64,000 bases of DNA from an uncultured Nitrospinota bacterium (GTDB taxonomy: Bacteria; Tectomicrobia; Entotheonellia; J063; CAVPRW01): assembly GCA_963707985.1 (NCBI GenBank), contig CAVPRW010000023.1, positions 96,001 through 160,000 of the forward strand. The letters are read 5' to 3'. Below are positions 23,282 through 34,852 of the stretch, piece after piece (positions within the stretch are counted from its first letter, which is position 1; each line of letters starts with the position of its first letter). The notes under the pieces were generated by a model. It saw only the letters and a list, made by a program, of their open reading frames with translations. It searched no databases and was not told where the DNA came from. Position numbers and translations under genes: made by a program.

Positions 23282-24691
23282 TCACAACGTCCCAGAGGCG
23301 CCGCGCCGCAGAAACTCACCCATGCCTTCGCGCCCGTGCCAATCCTTCCCGTCCACAATCAGTTGGCCGCGCAGAAAGACCTTTTTGACGCTTCCCGTCA
23401 GCGTATGGCCCTCAAACAGGCTGTAGTCAACGCGGCTGTGATGCTCCGAAGCCCGGATAGTCCAGGTGTTGTGGGGATCAAACAGGACGATGTCGCCATC
23501 CGAGCCCACGGCAATGGTGCCTTTCTTGGGAAAGAGGCCGAACAGCTTGGCGGGGTTGGTCGCCGTCAGCGCCACGAAGCGGTTGAGCGACAGGCCTCGC
23601 TGTCCGACGCCCCCGTCGTAGATCAGTGGCAGACGTGTTTCGATCCCTGGAGCACCGTTGGGGATCTTGCTAAAATCGTCTTTCCCTTGCTGTTTTGAGA
23701 ACTTCATGCCGAACAGCTGCTCGTTGAAACAAAACGGACAGTGGTCGGTTGAGACCACCTGTAAGTCATTGGTGCTGAGCCCACGCCATAGGGCCTGTTG
23801 GTGGGTGGCGTCACGCAACGGCGGTGTCATCACATATTTCGCGCCTTCAAACTCGGGCCGATCGTACTCTTCCCGTGTCAGGAACAGGTAGTGCGGGCAG
23901 GTTTCCGCGTGCACCGGCAGGCCGGCGTCACGCGCCTCGGCAACTGCCGCCAGCGCCTCGCGCGCCGACAAATGCACCACATACAGCGGCGTCTCAGCCA
24001 ATTCGGCAATCTTAATGGCGCGATGGGTCGCCTCGCCCTCCATCGAGGTGGGACGCGTGAGGTTATGATACTTCGGCGCCACCTGGCCCGCTGCCACGGC
24101 CTCCTCGACGAGCACCTGGATCACCTGCCCGTTTTCAGCATGCACACAGATCATGGCGCCATGCCCTCCGGCGAGGCGCATGGCCTTGAATAGTGCGCCG
24201 TCATCAAGCATGAGGACGCCAGGATAGGCCATGAACAATTTGAAGCTGGTCACGCCTTCGCGCCTAATGAGGGTCTGCATGTCGGTCAGCGACTGGTCGT
24301 TGATGTCGAGCATGATCATATGGGCGCCGACATCGACGCTGGCGCTGGCGGCGCGTCTATGCCAATCCTCCAGGCCGACCAATGGGCTGGCGCCGCGGGA
24401 TTGGTTGCAAAAGTCGATGACCGTCGTGGTCCCACCAAAAGCGGCCGCTTTGGTCCCCGTGCCAAAGGTATCCACGGTGCGAGCCACACCAAAATCCCAA
24501 TCCAGGTGGGTATGTACATCGACGCCGCCGGGTAAGACGAGGAGTCCACTGGCGTCGTGCGTCTCGACGTGGTTGCCAACCACTAGTCCCTGGCCAATGG
24601 TGCGAATACGACCGTCCTCGATCAGGATGTCCGCCTGATAATCGTCAACGGCAGTCACAATCCGCCCGTTCTTGATAAGCACTGTGGCCAT
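23282..24691 (-). CDS. hydA: Dihydropyrimidinase / D-hydantoinase
   Basis: PGGVDVHTH, SFKLFMAY, HAENG, STDHCPF and IPNGAPG motifs; intact. Confidence 0.92.
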   Translation of the reverse strand: MATVLIKNGRIVTAVDDYQADILIEDGRIRTIGQGLVVGNHVETHDASGLLVLPGGVDVHTHLDWDFGVARTVDTFGTGTKAAAFGGTTTVIDFCNQSRGASPLVGLEDWHRRAASASVDVGAHMIMLDINDQSLTDMQTLIRREGVTSFKLFMAYPGVLMLDDGALFKAMRLAGGHGAMICVHAENGQVIQVLVEEAVAAGQVAPKYHNLTRPTSMEGEATHRAIKIAELAETPLYVVHLSAREALAAVAEARDAGLPVHAETCPHYLFLTREEYDRPEFEGAKYVMTPPLRDATHQQALWRGLSTNDLQVVSTDHCPFCFNEQLFGMKFSKQQGKDDFSKIPNGAPGIETRLPLIYDGGVGQRGLSLNRFVALTATNPAKLFGLFPKKGTIAVGSDGDIVLFDPHNTWTIRASEHHSRVDYSLFEGHTLTGSVKKVFLRGQLIVDGKDWHGREGMGEFLRRGASGTL

Positions 24692-24764
24692 TTGCCTCTC
24701 CCCGTATGGTTGAAAGATCGCGCCGAGTTACGCTGCCTTCCCCGCGCCCTCACCGGTTAGCGCC

Positions 24765-24908
24765 TCACACATGACGGCGCTGGGCGGCGATGAGTTGGGC
24801 ATAGGGCCCATCGGTAGCGACCAGGTTGGCGTGGCGCCCGCTTTCGACCACCCGGCCAGCTTCCAACACGACCATGCGATCGGCATCAGCAATGGTCGAT
24901 AGCCGATG
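24765..24908 (-). pseudogene. 3' end of an ABC transporter ATPase gene
   Basis: [43 protein letters not shown]. Confidence 0.75.
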
Positions 24909-25012
24909 CTAGACACTTTTCAGTGTCCTTGGTTCATTCTTCTGGGACTGAGTCCAAAAATACGAAAATGCTCGAGTTGCCCAAATGTCGACCAGGCATC
25001 TACCCCGCTGGA

Positions 25013-25365
25013 CTAGGGGAAAGCTGGGAACTTCAACTCATTCCGGCGCCTGACAGAGTTCAATCCGCTTTTTCGCTTGCGCATCAACTCGTGCATCACA
25101 CTAATGACGTCTATGAATTCCTCTCTTCGTGGGGTAATACTGATGTCGTACAGGGCAAGCAGCAGTGCCTCGGCTCGGTTTGTACCGAACGCATGCCCCT
25201 CCCGGAATTTGAGCATCAGCAGCCAAAAATATGGAAGATCGAATTGTTCGACCCACTCGCGTGCCAGCAATGGGGCGTCGCCAAGAGACCAGCGACCGAT
25301 CACGGTACGTATGAACAAGGCTACTCCCCTTAAGTTGTCACTGTCCAGCCGATGATTCGTTGGGA
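25013..25365 (-). pseudogene. Displaced C-terminus of the gene starting at 34010
   Basis: Removing 25366-32026 plus one target-site copy joins ...FESLPTN to HRLDSDNLRGVALFIRTVIGRW... in frame. Confidence 0.8.
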
Positions 25366-25398
25366 CTGAGATTCCGACATAAGCGAATGACTTGATCT

Positions 25399-25729
25399 GT
25401 GGCTCATTTTCCTCTCATGGCGCTCTTGATGGTGATGACGGTGTGCTTGCTGGTGTATGCAGCATTGGAGTATCGCATTCGCAAAGCGCTGAAGGATCAC
25501 GACGCCACCTTTCCCAACCAAAAAGGGCAACCGGTGCAGAACCCAACGGCGCGGTGGGTCTTCCAGTATTTTGTGGGGATTCATGTCCTCCTGATCCCTG
25601 GGGAGGGGCCCTTGGTGCTCAATCTCGCAGAGGAGCATCAGGGCGTGCTCCGACTGCTTGGAAACCCTTACATGAGCCTTTATGGAATCAAATATTCGTA
25701 AAATTCAGAAGCTCTGTGCGGAATGTCGG
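25399..25729 (+). mobile_element. IS1634-family remnant (transposase C-terminus and right end)
   Basis: MALLMVMTVCLLVYAALEYRIR...QNPTARWVFQ; terminal TGCGGAATGTCGG at 25717-25729. Confidence 0.75.
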
Positions 25730-26555
25730 TTTATCGATGACACGCCCATCTTTTTGCCGGAGAGTGATCCGTTTGTCTTGCGATTCCGCGTTCGTCCAGT
25801 CGTGTGGCTCGACGTCGACCAAGCTACTCCGATTCATGAGGATACGGTGTGGGGCGGATTGTCGTTCACTCGGGGGCTGGACAAGGGCTCTAACGCTTGG
25901 ACAGGAAAAGTCCGTGGCAGCTTGGTGCGTCTCGACAACCGTGACGGTAAGTTCCTAGCCGAGCAGCTCACCGCGCAATCCGTTGGCGGACGGCTCTATC
26001 CACTCGATGAGCAAGAATCTCGTAAGCTCAGAACGCACACGGTGACCCGGACTGATAAAGTTGTCGCGGTTTCAGTTCCGGACGATACCACAGCAGTGGA
26101 TGAGGCGATCGTCGCCCCGGAGGCCGAGACGCGTGAGTCGATACGGGTGCAGGCACTCATCGCCAGCATTGGGGCGCGGATGGGCATGGCTATATGGATT
26201 CCCCGTGCTGATCGCACGGCGGTCTTGAAGGAATAGCAAAACGAACAGAATACCCTGCTCGAACGCCTTCCACTCAACTACGACGATACCACGCTCCGCA
26301 CGATCGAACAGATTGGTGTGTCGTGGCTGCGGGGGCGCTCGATCGTACGCGCTTTTGAGGTCGAGCACACGACGGCGGTCTACTCGGGTATTCTGCGCAT
26401 GGCGGACTTGTTGGCGCTCCAGCCTAATATGGACATCAAGCTGCATATCGTCGCGCCCACCGCGAGACGCGAGAAGGTCTTCGAGGAGATCACACGGCCG
26501 GTATTCTCACTGCTGGAAAAAGGTCCCTTGGCAGACAGCTGCACGTATCTCTCCC
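25730..26555 (+). pseudogene. EVE/PUA-like plus PD-(D/E)XK nuclease (modification-dependent restriction type); truncated at both ends, internal TAG at 26234
   Basis: PIF...DPFVLRFRVRP...WTGKVRGSL, then IEQIGVSW...AFEVEHTTAVYSGILRMADL in the same frame across one stop. Confidence 0.6.
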
Positions 26556-27256
26556 ATGTTTCGGCCTGTGACCAGCATCGCGAGGCTCTCGACCGCTAGG
26601 GTGGCCTCCTTGGCGCTATTTGCGAGGTCCTGATTAGGCCCAGTGAGAAAGTCCATCGCTTTCGAGAAATGCTCGGCAGCGGCCTCATAGCGTCGGGCTC
26701 CTAGCTTCGCCTGCATCTGTATAACTGGTGACCTCTCCAGGCCGGGCACTCGCCCTGCTGGAAAATCGCGCATGAGCTGAGAAGTGGGGGAGAAATCAGG
26801 CGATATACTTCCAAGTCTCGTCCAATAGATACCATCTCCGGCTAGCGCAACCCATGCAATCTCGCCCGAGGGGACCGCAAGGCGAAGGTGATCGGCTAGA
26901 GAAAAGCGGACTTGGGCTAGTCCAAACCGCCAACCCCAATAGATTTTGGCTGTAGCATAGGCAAAAACATCGTCGTCTGAAGCTTGCGGCCTCCCCGGCT
27001 TATAGCGCGTTTGTTCAAAAAGCGCTTGTAGCGTATGGTTTGCGTTAATCTCCACAGCGGGCGTTCCCGACGGAGTAAATGGAAGCATTCCCAAAGTGCC
27101 GAGGTATTGACCAATAGCGTACCGGCTAAGTTGCTCGAAGGCTTCCTTTTCGCTGGTCAGAGAATTGGGGAGAGTCTGATCACCGATCCAGCGAGAAAAT
27201 ACATCATCAATGACGACCGCTACCCTGCTGTGGGGTTCCTTCGGACCTAACTGCAC
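26556..27256 (-). pseudogene. Hypothetical protein with AbiJ/HEPN-associated-like C-terminal helices, truncated
   Basis: AAEHFSKAMDFL...DLANSAKEATLAVESLAMLVTG, then runs into the antisense of the convergent nuclease gene. Confidence 0.4.
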
Positions 27257-28102
27257 AGTAAAGTGGCAAACGAAGGTCTTAGGCGGACTCGAAGGAAAGG
27301 GGCAATGATCCTCGAATGCAATAATACCGAGACCAGACTGCCCATCGTGGAATGTAACTACCTCGTACGCGGAAGAGCCTAAAATAAACCCCCAAGTTTA
27401 GCGGTTTGAAATGCCTGGAGGGCCACGAGATGAGCGGCACGCTATTGTCCTTCTTTGATCGGGACAGCTTCAACTGAACGCATAGAATAGAATGCGCACT
27501 ATGGGGCTGTCAAGGCGACGCAGCTAGGCAGGCAGGGATTGGGCTACATCTGAAGGTAGGACAGGCGATGGGTTGGGCTACGGGCCCCCTGGGCCACAAA
27601 AAATCGAGGGAGCAAGGCTTGTGAGCGGTGAATGTCACGGGAGCCACCCCAACCAATGTAGAATCGGGTATAAGGTCGCACCCAAGCTGACAACAGTTGC
27701 TATCGCAATAACCGCCGTCCAGCGGTTCACTGCTTTTGCGGACCTTTCCTGACTGTATCGAAATAACTCTTCCCTCCAAGTTGTCTGGGGAGTACTGAAC
27801 ACCAGACCCGCTAGAGACTACCTGTCGGTATGCCTCCAGATGTTTCTGGTCACTAGGGTCTGGCAGTATTCGCTTGTTTATTGCGTCCAATGATCAGCCC
27901 TTATGGTCTAGGAAAATTAGGCCGGTTGCGCGGGGTGCCTCATCACCTCGGAGCCCTTTTCCATCGCGTGGGTGCCTGGGGTAATTTGGTTATGCCAGCC
28001 AACATTCCAGTTGACTTGCCCACCTTGCTCCGCCATATTGACATCACTTCGGCCAGCCTCTGTGGCATCTATCGTCTATTCTTGGGTAAGAGAGGGCTGT
28101 TC

Positions 28103-28555
28103 ATGCGAGCACAGCGACTGTGGTTGATCGGTTTCGTGGTGTTGTTGACGGCACAGGCTCAGGCTGCCAGTATAGGGGTCTTTTGTTGGCAGCTCCTTCC
28201 AACGCCGGATACCGTCTGTTTTGACGTCGATAATGCTCCCCAGCAAGCACATGCCGCAACGTTGGTTGGAACGACCTTTCTCGTGGGGTCCTACCGCTAT
28301 CCCGTTACAGGTGTTGTAGCGTTTAATGAAAACTCCGGAGTTTTTGACATGAGCTGGACCACTTACTTCAGTAACCGGGCATTTTTCAATGCGGTTTTGA
28401 ATCCTCAGTCCCTGGAAGGCCCATTTTTTGCGAGCGATGGGTCCCTAGGGACTATGCACTTTATAGGTATGGGCTCGTCAGCCGCCGTCGGATCGGATGA
28501 GAACGTTGGTGGGAATCAGGTGGACCCGCGGACTCTCTTAGAACAGATGCGGTAG
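28103..28555 (+). CDS. Secreted hypothetical protein
   Basis: Signal peptide MRAQRLWLIGFVVLLTAQAQA; beta-rich mature part with two Cys. Confidence 0.6.
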   Translation: MRAQRLWLIGFVVLLTAQAQAASIGVFCWQLLPTPDTVCFDVDNAPQQAHAATLVGTTFLVGSYRYPVTGVVAFNENSGVFDMSWTTYFSNRAFFNAVLNPQSLEGPFFASDGSLGTMHFIGMGSSAAVGSDENVGGNQVDPRTLLEQMR

Positions 28556-28625
28556 GGTGCGCTCTCAGTTCTATTTCCTCTCCCGATGTACGACTGTCCT
28601 CGAGCCTGAAGTCTGATACTCGATT

Positions 28626-30293
28626 CTCAAGTTTTTTCAGGTTGACAACACGGGCATGTTCCGCATGACCTCATCCGCTCGATACTTCAAGGAAGGGGTC
28701 GGTTCAAGTCGCCCCAATTGACGCTGGATCATATGCTTTTTGGAACGGCCGAAGGCAAACACCTCGTGTAAGGCGTGCGTGAAGCGATGCAGTTGCTCCT
28801 GAGGAGTCGTCAGACGACACGAGGTCGTTCGATGACGTCGACCAGACACTCCACTTGCACGTGTGCTCGTAGACTCCCCACGGTATACGCAGGCAGGTTG
28901 TTTTTAAGCTGGGCGTGTTGGTCGGGATGAAAGAAGAGCGCATGATCAACCAGCAGGCTCAGGATCACGCTGTGGCGTGCGCCCTCTTCGCCGGGCTGCT
29001 TGGTCAACTGGCTCCAGCCTTCATACGACTTCCAGTCCTGGATAAACACCTCGACGAGCCACCTCAGCGTCTGGCCTTGGACAATATCGAGCGTGCGCCA
29101 GGTCAGGTCTGACGCGATCAGATAGCGGTAGGTGTCTTCGCCCTCGTATTTCAGCGCCACGACGAACCGTTTGGTTTTGTGGGCACAGACGTATAACCGT
29201 GCACTGCCGACGATGGCGACCATCTCTTGCCCCCCACGGATGCGGATGGTGTGCGGGGTCCCCGGATGGGTGGCAAAATAGTCTGCGACGTGCTGCTCAC
29301 GCTTATGCCGGCGGACTTTCTGATTGCTGCGGATTTGCGAGATCACCTGCACGCCACCGAACATCGCCGAGGCGCCATCGACAAAGGGCGCCGTGCCATA
29401 GAGGGCATCCGCCGTGATACAGTGGACCTGGAAGTCGGGATGTTGCGTCTTGAACTGGGCGAGCAAGGCAGGGCGAGTGCTTGTTTGGTGGGATAGAGCG
29501 GATTGGCAGGCGGTTGAGGCGGCCGCTGCTGTTTGGGGACGCCTTGCTTCTTGAGGGCCTTGTCCTGCTTATACCACGCGCTCAGCTCGGGGGCGGGCTG
29601 ATAGAAGGCAAAGCCCACGGGGAGGGAGATTTTGGGGGTGACCAACACGAGAAAGACCAGGCTTTGTCCCCAGACATAGCCGCCACTTTCTTTATCGCGC
29701 AGTTTGTAGAGATGGGCGAGCGTTTGGGCCGATTTGGAGCGTTGGTTGTCCGTATCGTCAATGACGAGGCTCCCAGAGTGTCAGGCCATAGTGGCGCAGG
29801 ATGACTCGCACACTCGCCACCAAGAGCTCGTCCCAGGGAATCTTGCTGTGTCGAAACATCCAGGACAGAGCCGCCAGCGAATAGCTGCCGAGGCTGGCAC
29901 GTTCAAAGCGTGCCCAGCAGATGGAGTTGGTGACCAGAACGGCGGTGACACAAAACGCGAGCCAGGCACGCTGCATGGTGGACATGCCGTCGCTCGGACT
30001 CTGCGCGCGAATCGCCTCGTCAACGGCGTCGACAAAGGCGCTGCACAAAGGGTGCAGGCTTTCCAAGCACCATCGCGGTCTCCATGGACATGCGGATGAG
30101 TGACACATACCATAGAGACTGTATCGACGTTTTGCATCTGACGTCAATGGCGAGGACATCGTACAATAGGATGACGGTAGCTGGCCGGGCGGTCTACCGA
30201 GGAAGGATGGTGCAAGCGCGCTATCTGGAGCTGGATCGGTCGACACAGCTACCGCTCTCACCTTGATGAAACGTCAAGATCAAAAAACTTGAG
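28626..30293 (-). mobile_element. IS element (IS701-like DDE transposase, frameshifted) with 12-bp terminal inverted repeats
   Basis: CTCAAGTTTTTT (28626-28637) and AAAAAACTTGAG (30282-30293); ADALYG and RWLVEVFIQDWKSYEG motifs in staggered ORFs. Confidence 0.8.
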
Positions 30294-30295
30294 TC

Positions 30296-32026
30296 CTGAG
30301 ATTCCAACCTAAGAAGAAGCCTTGATCGACGTTCCACTTTCCTCTAGAGCTGAGAAACGTTCAGGAGCGGGAGGGGGACGATGCCACACACACGAGACGA
30401 GAGCACAGAAAACCTGGGCGCACGATGGTGTTGGCAGGTCGCCCGCCGTGATGAGGCGCGTGTGGCGCGACGGCTGTACCGCACGCCAGTGGTCGATGGC
30501 GTCTACCGGCTGGACGCAGGGGCGGTGCTGGATGAGTTCTTCCACTTCCTGCAGGCGTGTGGCGTGATGGCAGTGCTGGAGCAGCGCCGCGGTGCAGCCA
30601 TTGACCGGGTGAGGGGGCCCTTCGTGCAGTATGTGTTGCTGTACGGGCTCAAGACCCTCTTTGGCATGGAGCGCATCAATGCCCTGCCGGCGCTGTTGTG
30701 GAGTGATGAGGCTGTCATGCGCCTGGTGGGGTGCAAGGCCCAGCAGGTCCGCCAGGGGGTCTGCCAACGGGGGAGGACCAAGCGCCAGGGGGAGCGGACT
30801 CCCGGTCCGATGGGTCCAGATACCCTGGCCCACAACATGGTGCCGTGCCACTGGCGCGATCTGGACGCCTTGTTCAACGGGGTGATTCGGGCCTTGGCCA
30901 AGGGTGGGGTCTTTGGCAAGCGGGTGCCTGGTATGGCCGATGGCACCGCTCTGGAGACGACCGAACGCGATCAGGGCTGTGGCCAGGCGACCCGCAAGCG
31001 GCGCCTCAAGGACAAGCGGGGCAAGATGCACGAGATCGAGGTCACGGTCTACGGCTGGCAAGCGCTCCTCCGGATCGAGGCCGTGACGAAGATGCCCCTG
31101 GCCGTCAACGTGGTGCAGATTCAGGAGCACGAGGCGCTCTGGACCCGCGCCTGGGTGACCCAGGCGCGGGCCAATGTGGCTGGCTAGGCGTGCCTGTACA
31201 CGGTCGTCTTTGATCGGGGCTTGTTGGCGGGCACCGACCTGTGGTGGCTGGCGCAGCAGGGGATCCGTGTTGTGGGGCCGGCCAAAGAGCACAGGGCCGT
31301 GACGGCGGATGCCCGGGCGCTCGCGGCGGCGGGCGAGGGGGGGACGGTCGGCCATCGAGTCCACCTGGGCCGCCATGGGCAAGGCCGCACGGCGTCTCGC
31401 GAGCGGCTGGAACCGGCGGTGGTCGGGATCACGGGGCTGACGACGGATGAGCCGTAGGGGACGGAGGCACACGGGCGTCACCACCATCGGCGCGACTTCG
31501 AGCCCAACCCGATCCATGTGGTCGTCGTCCGCACATGGCAGGGGAGGGACGATGGGCCGGGGGGCAACACGGTGTTCCTGACCAAGGCCTCCGTGCCGCA
31601 GCCCTGGCAGCCGTGTGATGATGATGATGACCGCAGCCTCATGGAGAACTGCTGTAGCAAGGAAGCCAAACAGCCGTGGGACTTGCAACATCCACCGCAG
31701 AAAACCGCGCGGGCCGTGCGGGTCCATGTGCCGTTGACCCTGCTGATGTTCGCCCTGGCGACCGCGTACCGGCTGCCGCGTGAACGGGCAGCCCTGGGAG
31801 CGGAATCGGTGGGCTGGCAGCGCTGGCGACGCCAGCTCCAGGAGCAAAACCGGGACCAGCTGATCGTGTGTGCCCGAGGGTATGACGGCATCTTTCCTGT
31901 GGCGGAGTACTCTCTGCTCTTGGGGGTCAAGCTTAAGGATGTGCCCCCAGGGATCGGCACCCTGCCAGCAATCCTGGCGAGGTATAGGCTCACCGCTCAT
32001 GGGTGAACCTTATGTTGGAATCTCAG
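30296..32026 (+). mobile_element. IS4/IS5-like DDE element; transposase (30381-32006) broken by in-frame TAG stops at 31185 and 31455
   Basis: Left end CTGAGATTCCAACCTAAG and matching right end; three ORFs in one frame with ADGTALETT, VFDRG and RSLMENCCSKEAKQ. Confidence 0.8.
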
Positions 32027-34010
32027 TTCGTTGGGAGTGATTCAAATTTAGGAAGTGCCCCAGGGCTCCCGACTGCGATCAAACGAGCTAGAATTGGGAG
32101 CAGCCCGGTCCGCTCTGGGTGATCGGCATATGCCCGGGCCACTGCCGTGCTAATTGCTTTTGTTGAACGGAAGTAACCGTAAAGGTACGGGCCATGTGGT
32201 TTGTCGCTCCGGCCTAGCCAATCCAAAAAATCGATCCAGTCCTCGTCTAGGCTGTCTGGGACACGAATGGCTTCAAACAGCCCTTGAATCCCATATCTAT
32301 CGTCTGCCTCGCCTATCAGCGTACGAAGTTGGTTAGATAGCACGGATGGTCTGTCAGATCGTCCTCTGAGGCTATTAAGTGCCGCGCTGGCGCACCAAGT
32401 CCGAGCCGGCCCCTGCGGCAATACCTGAAAAAGGGACCAAAGTCGCTCGAAGGCTTGCTGGCTGCGCCTTGACTCGACGTTCAGGACTGTTGCGACAGCG
32501 AAGGGAAAGCCCGTCCTACCGATTTGTGCATCAAAGGGCCACCGACCACCCGAGAGGTAGATCAGGTCCTCATCGGAAATACCGGACTGCTGCCAGCGCT
32601 GCTCAGCGCAGATCCAGTCCTCTAAACTACCCATCTCTCCCCGCTCTGCTCGCTCGGCCATGCGCAGCAGATCGGCTGCTGTCTGACCCGCAGCTATGCA
32701 GGCTGCAAGGGGCCACGAGCCCTCCAAGTATAGGTGTCTCCGTAATGATGGATTCCAACTCGTGCTCAATGTGCGAAGCTCAGCCGCCAGAGTATCTGCT
32801 CCTGGTTGGTTGGCAAACCGGAGCGAGGAAATGCAGGGCAACCACGCCAGTCCTGGGGAAGGCATGTCTTTCAGCGGAATTAAGTCGTCAGGGGCAGGTG
32901 CCAGAGCGCTCACGACTGATAACCCCAGATTTCCAAAATTCATGCCAATGAATTTTTCACCTGGCCACCCACGGCCATGCGGCAAATTTCGGCTCAGTCG
33001 TGCTGCACGCCTATACCAAGCTGGTAGTGAGACATCGGTATCCAACTCCCTGGAAGGAACACGTACCAATTCCCGTCTCTCACGCGTCCAGTAGACGAAT
33101 TGATGTGGTCCTGTGTGCGGGGTGACCGCCACCATTTTCGGAAGTGCCCAAGAGCTTGTGGAGGCTGCTTGCAGGATGTCCAGTTGCTGGTCAAGATCTT
33201 GTGGCCAGCTGGTTTGAGGATCTGGCTGGCGTGCTGCAGCAGGTCCGCCAGCAGACCAGGTCCTGGCCTCGCTCGCATGTCATCGTGCATCGGTGGATCG
33301 ACCATAGGGTTATCTGCGGCTGGTAAATCCACGAACACTCGGGCGAGCGGGATGCGGTCATCACTGGTGTGTCCCGCTTGCTCTAGCCGCGAATACAGGT
33401 CGGTCCGAAGCTCAACCTGGAGAAACCGAGACACGATCAATTCGAAATCCGGCTGCTGCCCCTGGAGTTGGCGCATGACTTCGGCCAGTACATCCCCAGT
33501 GCCAATGAAAGGCAGATATCGGTGACGAATCGCCTCCTGCCCATCGAGCAGTGAGCGCAGATGATCGTAGTCCCAGATGCTATACCCCCGGTAACCGATC
33601 TCCGCCTGTCGTTGGGCAAGGAGCGCAAGGGCACGGTCTTTCGAACCGCTGTCTTGTACTGGCGTGAGCACTACGTTGGTGACCAGTAGGTAATATTCTG
33701 GACGGGGCAACTTGCGTTTAGGATCAACAAACTTATCCAGATCTTTCTTAAGGTGGTCGAGCAGCCAGGCATCGTCTTTGTGCGGATCGCCCGCTGGGCG
33801 CTGGCGGAACTTGGCCTGGATCACCAAATAACCCTCCCATGGGTCGGCGACAGAGGGGTAGGCCATCCGGCCACGGAAAATTGCCTCGCGGCCACCGTCA
33901 GGACCATCGCCAAAGGGAGTAACGCCTGGGGAAATCACAGCCAGTGCAAGCGCCTGAACTAAATGCTCAAACTCGCGGGGGTTAAGACCGCTGAGGTTAT
34001 AGTCGCCCAT
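32027..34010 (-). pseudogene. Mrr-like nuclease domain of a NACHT/STAND-type defence gene; NTPase region missing, C-terminus displaced by the insertion
   Basis: REFEHLVQAL...GDGPDGGRE...VIQAKF and RIPLARVFVDLP; no Walker A before the frame switch near 33140. Confidence 0.6.
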
Positions 34011-34133
34011 GGTCCCTCCGAGTACATAGGTCCTCTACCCTGTAATGCTCCCTGTGTTTCAAGTGGCTAGGAAGGGAGGAATGCGCCTACTGCAGTATGA
34101 GAAGGAGATAACGCACAGGACCACCTTTTACTT

Positions 34134-34382
34134 CTACGGGTATGCCTTGGTCGGCATTTCAATATAGCGATCGGGTGCTTCCATGTTTTGATGGATTGCG
34201 AAGAAATGCTGTTCAATCTTTTTGAGCACGGCAGCATCGTAATAGACCATGCCACAGTTGCGGCAAATCTCCACGGGCGTGTTAGGAACCAGCAAGTACT
34301 TCCCCTGATGGCTATAAAGGTATTCGATCCGGCGTTCCTCATACTGGTCACTGCCACAGAAATTACAGGCTACGACCCTCAT
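34134..34382 (-). CDS. YgiT-type zinc finger protein (MqsA-like antitoxin)
   Basis: CNFC...VPNTPVEICRNCG; ATGA overlap with the upstream gene. Confidence 0.85.
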   Translation of the reverse strand: MRVVACNFCGSDQYEERRIEYLYSHQGKYLLVPNTPVEICRNCGMVYYDAAVLKKIEQHFFAIHQNMEAPDRYIEMPTKAYP

Positions 34383-34687
34383 TGACTCTCTCCTCGTGTC
34401 CACGGATCAACAAATTGTGGTGGACCCGGAATATACATAGTGATGAGCACGACCTTGTCTCCACGCCAACCACAGACCGCATGAACAGGAATATCTTGTG
34501 AAAAACCCACCACCAAACAACTTTCGCCACGGCCGGTGTCAGGATATTGCTCCAGAATTGCTCCGGTCAGGAGGGCGTCTTCAACCTGAGCAAGGGTCAA
34601 ATCATCTGCTCTGCGCTCAAGATCAGCGTGGTGAGAGTAAATATACTCATTCGCACGCACTTTGGCTTTAATCTCTTCTATATCCAT
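34379..34687 (-). CDS. DUF4258 protein (putative toxin)
   Basis: YSHHA...ILEQYPDTGRGESCLVVG...VHAVCG...ITMYIP. Confidence 0.85.
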   Translation of the reverse strand: MDIEEIKAKVRANEYIYSHHADLERRADDLTLAQVEDALLTGAILEQYPDTGRGESCLVVGFSQDIPVHAVCGWRGDKVVLITMYIPGPPQFVDPWTRGESQ

Positions 34688-34852
34688 GGCTCTATAGCGC
34701 TTGAGTGCTAGAAGGTCTAACGGACCAAAGCTGCACCACAGAAGCCCGCCAGCAGCCACCGCCACCATGGTACGCCCGAAAAACTTCCACGCTCCTTTAC
34801 GACGGAAGAGTACGGCGGCTGCCAACCCCACACCCCCCGCGCCCGCGCCGCC

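Larger units (their letters stand above)
25366..32026. mobile_element. 6.66-kb composite insertion with terminal inverted repeats and a 10-bp target-site duplication
   Basis: CTGAGATTCCGACATAAG (25366-25383) and CTTATGTTGGAATCTCAG (32009-32026); TTCGTTGGGA at 25356-25365 and 32027-32036. Confidence 0.85.

Noticed and set aside
26234..26236. In-frame TAG as pyrrolysine or read-through
   Set aside because: The gene is also truncated at both ends, so a TGG-to-TAG nonsense change is simpler.
27243..27285. Additional attC-like site (CCTAAC...TTAGGC)
   Set aside because: It lacks the GTT box and internal complementarity.
31185..31457. Two in-frame TAG codons in the transposase as recoding
   Set aside because: The surrounding sequence shows many degenerate substitutions, consistent with ordinary pseudogene decay.
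30309..32000. 563-aa minus-strand ORF
   Set aside because: It is the antisense shadow of the GC-rich transposase and has no recognisable motifs.
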